Source: an uncultured Gammaproteobacteria bacterium
GTDB taxonomy: Bacteria; Patescibacteriota; Patescibacteriia; UBA9934
Direction of reading: 5' to 3'
Assembly: GCA_964452565.1 (NCBI GenBank)
Contig: CAYVLY010000002.1
Location: 119,166-183,165, forward strand
Length of the DNA: 64,000 nt
Shown: piece by piece, positions 29,567-39,100 of the stretch
Numbering within the stretch: the stretch's first letter is position 1
How the letters are laid out: every line of letters starts with the position of its first letter
The notes under the pieces: model-generated
Told to the model about the DNA's origin: nothing
What the model saw: only the letters and a program-made list of their open reading frames with translations
The model's database searches: none
Program-made: the position numbers and the translations under genes

Positions 29567-30481
29567 CTACTTTTCATTGATAGATGCTCCATCATCGCAG
29601 AGCAGATCAACGACTTTTCGTAGGCCAGCCTGACCAGGGTGCAGGTAGCGGATCGTGGTCTGGATGGAGGCATGTCCAAGAAGGCGCCTGACCTCTTCAA
29701 TGCTCGCCCCGCGGTTCAAGAGCTCGGTGGCGAAGCCATGCCGCAGCATGTGAGGAGTAACGGCGAAGTTCAGGCCTGCAGCCTTCCCAAGGTCGCTGAC
29801 GTGGAGCTCGACCGTTCGCGGTGAAAGTCTACGGCGAAGCCTAGACACGAAGACCGCATTCGTAGCCAGCTTCAGCGATATTCTCTGCTCAAGCCAGGCA
29901 GCAAGAGCTGCTCGTGCTGTGCGGTTCAAGAGCACCGGCTGGGAGTTGCCGCCCTTGCGCCGGACCTCCAACAGGAGGCCCTCGTCCAGGTCCACCTGGT
30001 CGATGTCGAGGGAGAGAAGCTCATCGAGGCGCAGCCCTGTGTGGAACAGCAGCGTGACCATGCACGAGTCCCTGTGGTGTTTCAGGCCTGAAACACCCAT
30101 CGGGATGGCAGCCAGGAGCCTCTCCATATGCTCCGGCGTCACGACTGGAGGCTCTATCCGAGGAACCTTGACACGAGGGATGTCAGCCTCTGGGCTCAAC
30201 TCTATCACCTCTGTTTTTTCAAGATGTCTGAAAAAACCGCGAAGGACAGTCAGCTTGCGGTTCCGAGTGCTTGGAGAGATCGGGCCCCTGGGGCCTGGCC
30301 GGTTGAGATAGGCCACCAGGTGCTCACGGGTGACTTGCTCTGCCCTCACGACCTCCATCTTCGCGAGGGTTCGCCGAAAAAGGCATAGCTCCTGACGATA
30401 CGAGCGCAGCGTCTTTGGCGTGTACTTGCGCTCCTGTTCCGCGTGCTCCAGGAAGCCGTTGACGGTCGTCGCGAGGTCCAT
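29567..30481 (-). CDS. XerC/XerD-like tyrosine recombinase
   Basis: N-terminal SAM-like domain (FLEH..TLRSY), TGLRLDEL, RKGG, TPHMLRHGFAT, LLGHASIQTTIRY. Confidence 0.92.
   Translation of the reverse strand: MDLATTVNGFLEHAEQERKYTPKTLRSYRQELCLFRRTLAKMEVVRAEQVTREHLVAYLNRPGPRGPISPSTRNRKLTVLRGFFRHLEKTEVIELSPEADIPRVKVPRIEPPVVTPEHMERLLAAIPMGVSGLKHHRDSCMVTLLFHTGLRLDELLSLDIDQVDLDEGLLLEVRRKGGNSQPVLLNRTARAALAAWLEQRISLKLATNAVFVSRLRRRLSPRTVELHVSDLGKAAGLNFAVTPHMLRHGFATELLNRGASIEEVRRLLGHASIQTTIRYLHPGQAGLRKVVDLLCDDGASINEK
30076..30097. repeat. 22-bp palindrome copy 3, in frame inside the Xer-like gene (encodes GVSGLKH)
   Basis: Exact match. Confidence 0.95.
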
Positions 30482-31611
30482 TCTTGAGCGTCGAGGGGTG
30501 AGGGTTTTTGGGGTGGGTGAACTGCGCCACATATATCAAACGGCGCAGTTGGCTGCAACGATGGCGGGCCATACTTTCGTTGCATCGGAGAAGCACTCGC
30601 GATATGTTATTTTATGGCGCTGGAAAGCGTCGGTGAGGTGATGTTGCCATTGGAATGGGTAAATTCAAAAGGGGAAGTGTATGTCAACCACCGATCGCCT
30701 TTTTATTCTTCATGTTAGCGACACCCACTACGCACGGCCCGGGGAAACACTTTGTTCACTGTTGCGTGCGCAGACGCGTACAGAAGAAACTCCAGCCGCC
30801 GCTTTTCAAGTGGCGGCCCGGTATTTTATCAGTCAAATGAAAGGGGCAGCGCATCACTTCGCAAAATACAGACGAGACTATCTCGATAGAGTCTCACAGG
30901 TGGTCCAAATACTGCAAGGAGAGTGCATAACCATCCTTCACTCTGGAGACGTGTCGCAGGCGGGACAGATAAGCAGCATAGTGGAGGAATTGTCGGAACT
31001 CCAAAAGGCTGCAGGCGATGGCATAGAAATGATAGCCGTGCCAGGAAATCATGATCTCTGGCCAATGGACCTTCCTGTCCTGAGGCCGACACATACGGCG
31101 CTGCAATACTCGAGGATACGAAATCTTGGCTTCTTTCCTTCGCAGTATCCGAAGCTCTTCACCCTGTCAACTCCGGTGAACAGAATTCATCTTTGGGCGT
31201 TAGACTCTCCAATTGCAGATAGCGTTCCGAATATGTTCGCTGTTGGGAGTGTGGAGGACAACAGAATATCGGATGTCGGCGTGGTGGATGATTCAGGTCC
31301 CTATATCGGGACAGTGAGCCACCATCCGTTGCGACCCGTGGATCCCAAATTGGCAAGACGCTTGGCGCAGCACCTGCGCTTTCCGGTTCTCAACATGCTC
31401 GGGGCGACAGCCCTGTGCGATGTTCTTGTGAAACAGGGTGTCATCGTTCATTTTTGTGGGCACGAGCACAGAAGACCTGCTCGACCAGATGATATGCCTA
31501 TCCATGATAACAAAATACTGCAGCTCGCGGCGGGGACGCCAACGATTGGATCCTCTACCAGAACCTCAAGCAGCACAATTCCACAGTTTTCGCTTTACAG
31601 CGTTGTCTTCT

Positions 31612-33258
31612 GACACTCCTGCGCGAGGGATCTCGTAAAAACAGCTTTCTTTGCCCGATGTTGAGCACAGTCTGGAACCTCATTCGAGGCGCACCTGTCC
31701 CCTGCGTGTGATGAGAGGGCGTTCTACTTGGTTTGTCAGGCGGCGCGCACCTCCTCTCTCGGCTGGATCTCCCCTGGTCGTCGCCGCAGGCGTCGGGGCT
31801 CCGCGGGTGGCTCGCGCCTGGTGAGGAGCAAGTCGAGGAATGCGCACAGGGAATCCAGGGAGCGGAGGCAGTAGTGGGAGCGCTGTCTCTTGCGGAACTC
31901 CCTGTTCTCTCGCTCTGGGTGGTTGGAGGTCTTGTCGGCGTTGTCGAAATCCAGGTAGTGGGTGAGCCGAGCGAAGAGGCCGTCATTGGACAGATCCGCG
32001 AGCACCAGCTTCATACCAGGGATTCCCTGGAATGCGGGATTGGCGAGGAGGGCCTGTCTGCGCTCCTCTGCCAACTCGTGGGAGTCCGTGCTCGAGCCGA
32101 AGAGCTCGTACATCGCCTCGATGAAGCGGCGGAGCACGCCTAAGGCCGGGCAGAGGCAGAAGGCCTCGTCCAGCATCTTCTGCTCGGCCTCGGTGATGAG
32201 CGGGCGCCCCTTGTCGTCCAGCCCCCCACGCTTGAAGATCAGGAACCGGCAGCGCATCACCTTGCGCCGGTTCTCCCTCTTCCGTTTGTCCAGCCGAGGT
32301 CGTCCCCTCTTCCTTGGGCGGCCACGTTTGCGCTTCTTGGGCTTTGGAAGTTCGTTGTAGGCGGCCCAGAAGGCCTTGGCCAGCTTCCTGTTCGCTCCCA
32401 TGAGGAAGTGGAAGACGCAGCGTTGGTGCTCGGCCTCGGGCCACACCTCTGCGATGATCTCTGGGTAGAGAGAGGAGCCGTCCGTCACCACGATCTGGGG
32501 CATGATGCCCGCCTCTCGCAGCTCCAGGAAAAACTCGCGCACGTCTTGGCCGCAGGGAGAGCCGTCCCCCAGCCGAGAGGAGATCTCCACGCCGTTGAGC
32601 GGATCGGTGGCTCTGATCACGTAGTGGTCGCCTTCGTAGACCTCGTCTACAGCGAGCTGACCGGAGAAGACCGTCACCATCCTCTCCATATGGCTCTGGA
32701 AATCCACCTCGCCCCCAGCTCTGCGGTACCAGCGGAGGACCGTCGTGTCTGCCAGCTTGGGCAGATGGAGCAGGGAGCGGCCCACGGCAGCCGCTCCCTC
32801 AAAGGACAACTTGTGGTCCACGACCAGCGACAGCACGGCGAGGCGAGTGGCGGTCGTATATCGGCTCCGTTCCTCGAATCCTGGAGGCTCAAGACGGAAC
32901 CAGCACTGGCCGCGTGGGCAGTGCTCACAGATGTAGCAGCCGACCTGCACGTACTCCATCGTAGGCCCATCGATGTCGGCCCTCTGGCGTTCCAGCAGGC
33001 GGATTTCGTTCCGCGGAGCTGGGCGACCACATCGAGGGCAGAGTGCGGCCTCTGGGGCGAAGGGGACAGGGTTGAGCTTCTTGGTGGGGAGGGGTATGGT
33101 CTTCATCGGCGCAGGTCCGGTTTGTGGAGCTTGGTAACTACGCAATACCTGGATCTGCGCCGATCCACAAGCCCGCCGGTAGCCAGTCCTCCCCGGACGG
33201 CATTTCGAACGTGGTCTGCCCCTCTACGCCCCTGCTTCAGCACTCACGCAGGAGTGTC
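31612..33258 (-). mobile_element. Insertion sequence (1647 bp), IS256/ISH6-like
   Basis: Terminal IRs GACACTCCTGCG(C/T)GAG (15 of 16 identical); 8-bp target duplication TGTCTTCT at 31604-31611 and 33259-33266. Confidence 0.92.
31736..33145 (-). CDS. DDE transposase with N-terminal zinc finger
   Basis: CPRC and CEHC; AVDE, VTDG, HQRCVFH (CxxH), TSNHPERENREFR; true start may be 33106. Confidence 0.9.
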   Translation of the reverse strand: MRSYQAPQTGPAPMKTIPLPTKKLNPVPFAPEAALCPRCGRPAPRNEIRLLERQRADIDGPTMEYVQVGCYICEHCPRGQCWFRLEPPGFEERSRYTTATRLAVLSLVVDHKLSFEGAAAVGRSLLHLPKLADTTVLRWYRRAGGEVDFQSHMERMVTVFSGQLAVDEVYEGDHYVIRATDPLNGVEISSRLGDGSPCGQDVREFFLELREAGIMPQIVVTDGSSLYPEIIAEVWPEAEHQRCVFHFLMGANRKLAKAFWAAYNELPKPKKRKRGRPRKRGRPRLDKRKRENRRKVMRCRFLIFKRGGLDDKGRPLITEAEQKMLDEAFCLCPALGVLRRFIEAMYELFGSSTDSHELAEERRQALLANPAFQGIPGMKLVLADLSNDGLFARLTHYLDFDNADKTSNHPERENREFRKRQRSHYCLRSLDSLCAFLDLLLTRREPPAEPRRLRRRPGEIQPREEVRAA

Positions 33259-33385
33259 TGTCTTCTCACCCGTTCTCCGCGTCTCGTTGGCCGTATGGTA
33301 TGTGGACCTTCATTCGTGGGAAACACCAGCCTCGTTTGAGTACGATAGTGGTCTTGGGCGTTGGCATATTGTGTCCGCGAAGAAG

Positions 33386-33937
33386 TCAGACTTCCCTCTT
33401 CAGCTCCGCTCCAGCAAGCCGAAGGCCATGTTTCCGTAGCCGTTTTGTGAGTCGATGTATCCGGACTCTCGCTGTTCCTCTGCGAAGATTTTGGCGCTTG
33501 ATCTCCTGTGTATACTCTTCTGCTCCAGTGAAATAGGACAAAAGAAGGTCTCTATCTTTCTGGTGAAGAGATGAAAGCAGTTGAGAAGTGATCTCCTTGA
33601 ATTGATTCGTACCTCTCCTCGGAAAATACTTCGACTCGTCCTGGACTCGGTCGAATCCATGACAGTGCTCGATGTTCTTGGTGAAGGTCTGGGCCGCACG
33701 AAATCGGTCAATAAGGTGATTGCGAACTATTCGAACGGCATATCCGCGACCAATGGACTCAACATCAGTTCCATGAGTGAGTTCCAGCCTGCGCTCTCGT
33801 TCCATTAGCCGGACGATAGATTCCATCAGGGCATCCTCTCTCGACTCGGCGTCAAAACCGATATCGTGCCGATCGCGAATCTCCGGTAGAAGACCGAGAA
33901 GAGCCGTGAGTTTCTGGTCGGTTGATGGGGGTTTCAC
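33386..33937 (-). CDS. ECF-like sigma-70 family protein
   Basis: Region 2-like EDALMES...YAVRIVRNHLIDRFR; region 4-like LSSLHQKDRDLL...GTARVRIHRLTKRLR. Confidence 0.65.
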   Translation of the reverse strand: MKPPSTDQKLTALLGLLPEIRDRHDIGFDAESREDALMESIVRLMERERRLELTHGTDVESIGRGYAVRIVRNHLIDRFRAAQTFTKNIEHCHGFDRVQDESKYFPRRGTNQFKEITSQLLSSLHQKDRDLLLSYFTGAEEYTQEIKRQNLRRGTARVRIHRLTKRLRKHGLRLAGAELKREV

Positions 33938-34002
33938 ATTCGATACCCAAGCGTTGATGGATTGAGGAGCATCTACTGCGCAAGATACTGGGTAGTCAGG
34001 CG

Positions 34003-34473
34003 TCAATCCCAGTCGAAGAGATCTCTCCACTGCAGGAGTGAGTCGCGATTCGGCACGATCATATCGCCCTGGATTCGTCCGGCCAGAGGAAGCTCTTTCT
34101 TCTCGACGAGCATGGCGGCTACCCTCTTCAGCAGGTTGACGGGCACCCCATACATGGCAGCTATTCTCTCCTGGACTTCGGGGGTCCACCGCGGAAGTGT
34201 TTGGCGCTCGAGGTTTCCACTTCTAACGAGTGAGGCTGATAGCCAGTCGATATACCCATGGGTGGCGGCCAGAATGTCTTGCTGGACCTCCTGTTCCAGA
34301 ATTTCAAGAAAGAGTTCTTCACTGATCTCTGGAATGTCATCTGGCGAGGCTGTTTCAAGAAGCTCCGACAGCTGGTCGAGCGCGCCTTTGCCAATCGATG
34401 GACGAAGTCGATCCCATATCTCCCCGGCAAGGTCAGATTGCTGCTTTCTGATGATCTCCATGAATACCGTCAT
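34003..34473 (-). CDS. Hypothetical protein
   Basis: ORF with GGAG SD, co-oriented with the sigma-like gene. Confidence 0.55.
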   Translation of the reverse strand: MTVFMEIIRKQQSDLAGEIWDRLRPSIGKGALDQLSELLETASPDDIPEISEELFLEILEQEVQQDILAATHGYIDWLSASLVRSGNLERQTLPRWTPEVQERIAAMYGVPVNLLKRVAAMLVEKKELPLAGRIQGDMIVPNRDSLLQWRDLFDWD

Positions 34474-34655
34474 TCCATGACTCCTGCTTCGATGGTAGGT
34501 CTTCTACCTATAGACGAAGAGGCGTTACACCTTATATGCATTGTTGATATAAGCCTATTTCATCTATGGCCTTCCATGCAGAATCTGGCCTCGTTTCGTG
34601 CCACAAAGGAGATCATCCAAAACCGTTGCCAAAAAGCGCATTTCGAACCCCTCCA

Positions 34656-35489
34656 TCAATGAATGCAGCCCATCCAGACTCTACCGAATGCCATTTTCGC
34701 TGCTGTCTTGACGTTCAGCGGAAGGCCTTCGTCGATCCAGAGTCCGTGTGGGTATACCTCCTTGACAAAACGCTCGTCTGTGAGTTCTTCGCCGGGCCCT
34801 GGGATAGTGCTGATGCCAACAAGAGCGTGTCGTAAACCCATGAGGCTGGACCAACCCAGTGGTACAAGTAGTTCTGGGTCGTATCCAGAGTTTTTGCCAG
34901 CGATGTGCGTTCTTTCCCTTCCCGGGAGTTGCCCTCTAATTACTAAAGCAATTGACTTCGACACTAGATCAGCCAGTTGGACTCCCACTCTCTCTTTCGA
35001 GCAACAGGACAGTTCAAGGGTCAGACCATGCAGCCAAGGGAACTCTTCAAGCGGTTTGTTGAAATCGCAGCCCTTCCAGCCCACTCCTTCATCGAAGTGA
35101 ACAGATTTGAGGCGACCAGCAAGGCCATGGCCAGCAACCCTGTTCAACATGGCAAGGGCTTCCACACCAACAGAGGAGCGACGAGAGCGCTGGTGAATGG
35201 TAGCGATCACTCTGCAACTGCGACTGATTTCAGCGGCAAGCATTTTTCTCAACAGGACCTGTTCAGGGCTCTTTCTAATTGTCGCGGAAGACTTGAATTC
35301 ATCGACGCCTGGGCGAAGTCCCATGCTCTCGAAGCCGATCCGAAGGCGGTCCTCTATATCACCCGGCGCCAAGACAAACGCGCCAACGATGTAGAGGTCT
35401 TGGTCATGAATGCTTTCGTCGAAGTATGCCCGACGAATCCTGCTCCTGCTTTCTGCTGTTCGGGTCATTGACCACTTCCTTCTGTTCAA
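34656..35489 (-). CDS. DUF3800-family protein (RNase H-like)
   Basis: AYFDES, EFKSS, HFDE, GVQLADLVS. Confidence 0.8.
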   Translation of the reverse strand: MNRRKWSMTRTAESRSRIRRAYFDESIHDQDLYIVGAFVLAPGDIEDRLRIGFESMGLRPGVDEFKSSATIRKSPEQVLLRKMLAAEISRSCRVIATIHQRSRRSSVGVEALAMLNRVAGHGLAGRLKSVHFDEGVGWKGCDFNKPLEEFPWLHGLTLELSCCSKERVGVQLADLVSKSIALVIRGQLPGRERTHIAGKNSGYDPELLVPLGWSSLMGLRHALVGISTIPGPGEELTDERFVKEVYPHGLWIDEGLPLNVKTAAKMAFGRVWMGCIH

Positions 35490-35914
35490 TATTCTATGCG
35501 ATAGCCAGCTTGGCCTATTATCCCGGAATCGAACATCGACATCGAGGGGATCGTGCCCATGTCGAACCGACTGTTTGGTGCGTTTTTCTTGCTTGATAGT
35601 GAGTCTCTCTGCTTTTCATAGCAGGGCTGCGGGCAGGAAACAGATGGACCACGGTTTTTCCACCTTCAGTAACTCCAGGGACCATTGCGAGGTGTTGCAT
35701 TGAAGTGATGAAGGTATCAAGCGAGTGAATCCTCTGCAGCCCATATGCAGCCCAAAACTATGGAAAAACGACATTCTGTGGGAGAATTGATAATTAAGGA
35801 GAGAGCAGTCTTCTTTGCGAACTGTAAAGGCAAATCATGATTTCGGCGAGAGTTTGCGGAGTATCGAATCTGCCAATGATAGGGTTCGATTCCCCCGACA
35901 ATTGAAGTGAATCG

Positions 35915-35936
35915 AGTGTTCCAGGCCTGAAACACC
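35915..35936. repeat. Palindrome copy 4 (variant AGTGTTCCAGGCCTGAAACACC)
   Basis: 20 of 22 match; at the right edge of the element. Confidence 0.9.
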
Positions 35937-36000
35937 TCCGCAGGTAGTTGTCCACAGCAATTTTCGGAATGGCACCAATGCTATTCCCGTCAGACGCCAA

Positions 36001-36021
36001 AGCCCCGCAACATGCGGGGCT
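36001..36021 (-). terminator. Hairpin downstream of tRNA-Val
   Basis: AGCCCCGCA-ACA-TGCGGGGCT. Confidence 0.65.
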
Positions 36022-36060
36022 ATTGTTAGCGACATTATTTGTGTTCGAAGAATGCTGTAA

Positions 36061-36137
36061 TGGTGGGCGTGAGAGGACTCGAACCTCTGACCTTCACAAT
36101 GTCAATGTGACACTCTAACCAGCTGAGCTACACGCCC
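36061..36137 (-). tRNA. tRNA-Val(GAC)
   Basis: GGGCGTGTAGCTCAGCTGGTTAGAG-TG-TCACA TTGACAT TGTGA-AGGTCAGAGGTTCGAGTCCTCTCACGCCCACCA; complete cloverleaf with CCA. Confidence 0.97.
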
Positions 36138-36359
36138 AATTTTCCCCAGAATGGCGAACTATGCATTCAGGACTGTGCTGCTCAACAATGTACTTATAGG
36201 TACATCTTTCTGCGCTGCTCGTCCTTCACGCATATTTCATCCATTCTGGAAAAAATTGGATCTCGACTCGATAAACAACTTAAACATTTAAACAGTCATC
36301 ATACTACATCGATTTTAAAAAGCAGGCAACGCCTCGCAAGGCGAGACGTTAAGACGGTG

Positions 36360-36971
36360 TTATCGGACGAACCGACGGCGTGGTGGCTGGAATCCGAGGC
36401 TTGCAGGGACCCTCACATACAAGGCATTGCCTCTTTGGTCTACAAACTCTAGGCTCCCAATTTGGGTAAGGGCTGTGAGCAATCCCACGCTAAGCAGTCG
36501 TATTCTAATTACCGAGCTGCCGCGACTAACCATCACTTCGACTTGATCATGGCCGCGGTGATGACGCCTTGAACCAATGCTAAGATCCATGGGGCCACTG
36601 AGCGTCAGTGCGTTGCCAGCACGGCTGATTGGAAAACTGCAACCATTGCGCCCTATCTGAACACACCTGTCACTCGCGTCGTACAGAACTGCGCCCAAGT
36701 CGAACTTCCACGACTCAACATCGAATCCTGGCAAAGACACGTGTTTCAATGCAGTTGACTTGATGAGAACGCTGAGAAGTTCGCAAAACGGAATACCCGC
36801 AATGCTCATCTGAAACCCCTGCCTTTGCATTCGCATGTCAAGCTGCATCTCTACAAACTCTGGGGCTTGCCAGCTTACACTGGCACCGATGACAGTTGGG
36901 GTTGTGAAACTAAGTGGCACATCGCAGGTCGCATAGACCTGCAGCCCGGTATGGGCTCGCGCAGGTTCCAT
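36360..36971 (-). CDS. Hypothetical protein
   Basis: GGAGG SD and own promoter TTGACA-17-TAGCCT at 37032-37004. Confidence 0.6.
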   Translation of the reverse strand: MEPARAHTGLQVYATCDVPLSFTTPTVIGASVSWQAPEFVEMQLDMRMQRQGFQMSIAGIPFCELLSVLIKSTALKHVSLPGFDVESWKFDLGAVLYDASDRCVQIGRNGCSFPISRAGNALTLSGPMDLSIGSRRHHRGHDQVEVMVSRGSSVIRIRLLSVGLLTALTQIGSLEFVDQRGNALYVRVPASLGFQPPRRRFVR

Positions 36972-37087
36972 GACTTACCTCCGTGTCGAAAAGGAACGCG
37001 ACAAGGCTAACATTTTTAGTCTACCATGTCAATGCCACCAATATCCAATGGCTTGATCTAAGCCCTGCTCCGTGCGATACTGCGGAC

Positions 37088-37999
37088 ATGAAAACTCTGA
37101 AACTGAAAAATGAGGCTCCCGAAAGGCTCGACAAAGTTATTGCTGAACTTCTTGACTTAAGTCGATCAAAAATCGTCAAAATGATAGAAAAAGGCGATAT
37201 TCTTGTTGACGATGAAAAAGCAAACAAGAAAACACTTGTTAGCATCGAAAACAAGATCAAGTACCACATCGAGAAGCCCAAGCGTCAGTTATTCAAGAAA
37301 CAGAAACCAGTGGAGCTTGATGTAATATTTGAAGATGACGATGTACTTGTAGTTAACAAACAAGCCGGGCTGCTAGTGCATCCAACCGAAATAAGTACAG
37401 ACACAACTTTGCGCGATGCTCTTGTTGCACGAAACCGGAAAGTCAAAAAAGTTGGAGATGATGAGCGACGTGCCGGAATTGTACATCGACTTGATAAGTT
37501 CACATCTGGTGTTTTGATCACGGCAAAAACTCAAGAGGCTTTTGAACACCTCAAACAGCAATTCAAAGATCGTAAAACAACCAAAAAATATACTGCACTC
37601 GTGCATGGCACAATGCCAAAACCACATGACACCATCACACTTCCAATTGCTAGATCAAAACAAACAGGAAAGATGGCTGCACGACCAGAGTCTCAAGGTG
37701 GAAAGTCAGCAATCACTCATTACGACGTTATCGAACAGTTCCCTCACCATGCGCTACTCGATGTCAGAATCGAAACCGGACGAACCAATCAAATCCGCGC
37801 GCATATGTTTGCCATCAAACACCCGATTGTTGGTGATCCGCTTTACAAACAGCGAGACCAAAAACTCATGAATATTGACCGCATCTTTTTGCACGCTCGC
37901 GAGCTAACAATCACCATTCCTTCAGGAGAAAAAAAGACATTCACAGCTCCACTTCCCGACAAACTTGAAGAGGTGCTAAAGTCTATTCCGAAAATATAG
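37088..37999 (+). CDS. rluD: RluA/RluD pseudouridine synthase
   Basis: S4 domain RLDK, VVNKQAGLLVHP, GIVHRLDKFTSG, ETGRTNQIR, LHA. Confidence 0.93.
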   Translation: MKTLKLKNEAPERLDKVIAELLDLSRSKIVKMIEKGDILVDDEKANKKTLVSIENKIKYHIEKPKRQLFKKQKPVELDVIFEDDDVLVVNKQAGLLVHPTEISTDTTLRDALVARNRKVKKVGDDERRAGIVHRLDKFTSGVLITAKTQEAFEHLKQQFKDRKTTKKYTALVHGTMPKPHDTITLPIARSKQTGKMAARPESQGGKSAITHYDVIEQFPHHALLDVRIETGRTNQIRAHMFAIKHPIVGDPLYKQRDQKLMNIDRIFLHARELTITIPSGEKKTFTAPLPDKLEEVLKSIPKI

Positions 38000-38001
38000 C
38001 T

Positions 38002-38598
38002 ATGACCTACAAAGAAGCATTAGATAAACTCAAACGCGCTGAGCGGCTCATCATCACTGTTGGTGGTGATATTGGTGCTGGGAAATCAACGTTTGCGAAA
38101 CATCTGGCTGAAGAGCTTGAAATCCCACGAATCTACGTTGGTCAATTTATGCGCGAGGAAGCTGCCAAACGAAAGATCACTCTTGATGAGCTTGGAAAGT
38201 TGCAAGAGAAAGACGATTCTATTGATAAGTACTTCGATGAGATGCAACGCGAACGATCGCAGCATGTTCAGAAAGCGGTTTTCGAGGGCCGCACATCATG
38301 GCACTTTGTTGAGGATCCAACCGTGAAAGTATATCTTTCAGTTGATCCGCAGGTGGCTACTGATCGAATCTGGCGCGATCGAAATGATAAGCGTGATCAA
38401 TATGGAACAAAGGAAGCGCTTCATGCAGCAAATGAAGAGCGTAAACGATCTGAGATAAAACGCTATCAGAAATACTACGGAATTGACTCATACGACATAA
38501 AAAACTACGACATAGTGATTGACACAACAGACTTGACGATAGACGAAGTGTTTGATAAAACAATTCAAGAAATCAGCAAGTCCCGTCCCACCAACTGA
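38002..38598 (+). CDS. cmk: Cytidylate kinase (archaeal-like type)
   Basis: GDIGAGKST P-loop, FEGR, RYQKYYGID, YDIVIDTT. Confidence 0.85.
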   Translation: MTYKEALDKLKRAERLIITVGGDIGAGKSTFAKHLAEELEIPRIYVGQFMREEAAKRKITLDELGKLQEKDDSIDKYFDEMQRERSQHVQKAVFEGRTSWHFVEDPTVKVYLSVDPQVATDRIWRDRNDKRDQYGTKEALHAANEERKRSEIKRYQKYYGIDSYDIKNYDIVIDTTDLTIDEVFDKTIQEISKSRPTN

Positions 38599-38642
38599 AA
38601 CCACCGCCCTGAGGCGGTGTTTTCTTAGACCAAGAGGAGAGC

Positions 38643-38915
38643 ATGAGAACAACGGAAATAGACCTCACCAATGACGACGGCATCAAGGCATTCGTCAACG
38701 CAAGCTACGACGATCGTACAGAGGCATGGACACAGTTCCTGCAGGGAGCACCGTCCATGGAACAGTGCGGTACGGTCCTGGCTGGACTTCGTAAGCATGG
38801 CATCGAAACTCGTCCCGGACAACCGCCACAGCTGAAGCCCTATGTCGCACACTACGTCCAGAAGCTCATGGCTGCCGAACAGCGCGGCACTGCTCCTCCC
38901 TTGGGCATTCTCTAA
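38643..38915 (+). CDS. Hypothetical protein (GC-richer than neighbours)
   Basis: GAGGAG SD; downstream hairpin. Confidence 0.6.
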   Translation: MRTTEIDLTNDDGIKAFVNASYDDRTEAWTQFLQGAPSMEQCGTVLAGLRKHGIETRPGQPPQLKPYVAHYVQKLMAAEQRGTAPPLGIL

Positions 38916-39100
38916 CCCATCGACCACGCGCGGTCACACCCACACACTCCAGCTCTCGGCTGGGGTGTTCTGCTTCTCACAAGTCACCGGCAGATTCAAT
39001 ATAACCACGAAATAGTTGACAAAACTTGATTTTTGTGGTAGAAAGCTTTGTCGCATGAAGCGATGCCCCAGTGGACATCCTGGGAAACAGAGAGGAGAAA

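Larger units (their letters stand above)
30681..33439 (+). pseudogene. Calcineurin-like metallophosphoesterase interrupted near its 3' end by an IS
   Basis: Motifs HVSDTH, SGD, GNHD, HHP and GHEH in 30681-31613. Removing the IS and one TSD copy restores the frame (...VVFSPVLRVSL...KAMFP, stop at 33439). Confidence 0.85.
1..35990. mobile_element. GC-rich integrative/conjugative-type element (left end outside window; right end approximate)
   Basis: Contains a tyrosine integrase with excisionase, an att core, two relaxases, a coupling ATPase and defence cargo. Composition changes abruptly next to the tRNA-Val 3' end. Confidence 0.8.

Noticed and set aside
35880-35900. tRNA/tmRNA 3' fragment (GGTTCGATTCCCCC) as a second att site
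   Set aside because: Only a 3-bp T-stem, no acceptor stem or CCA, and no match to tRNA-Val or the Pro core.
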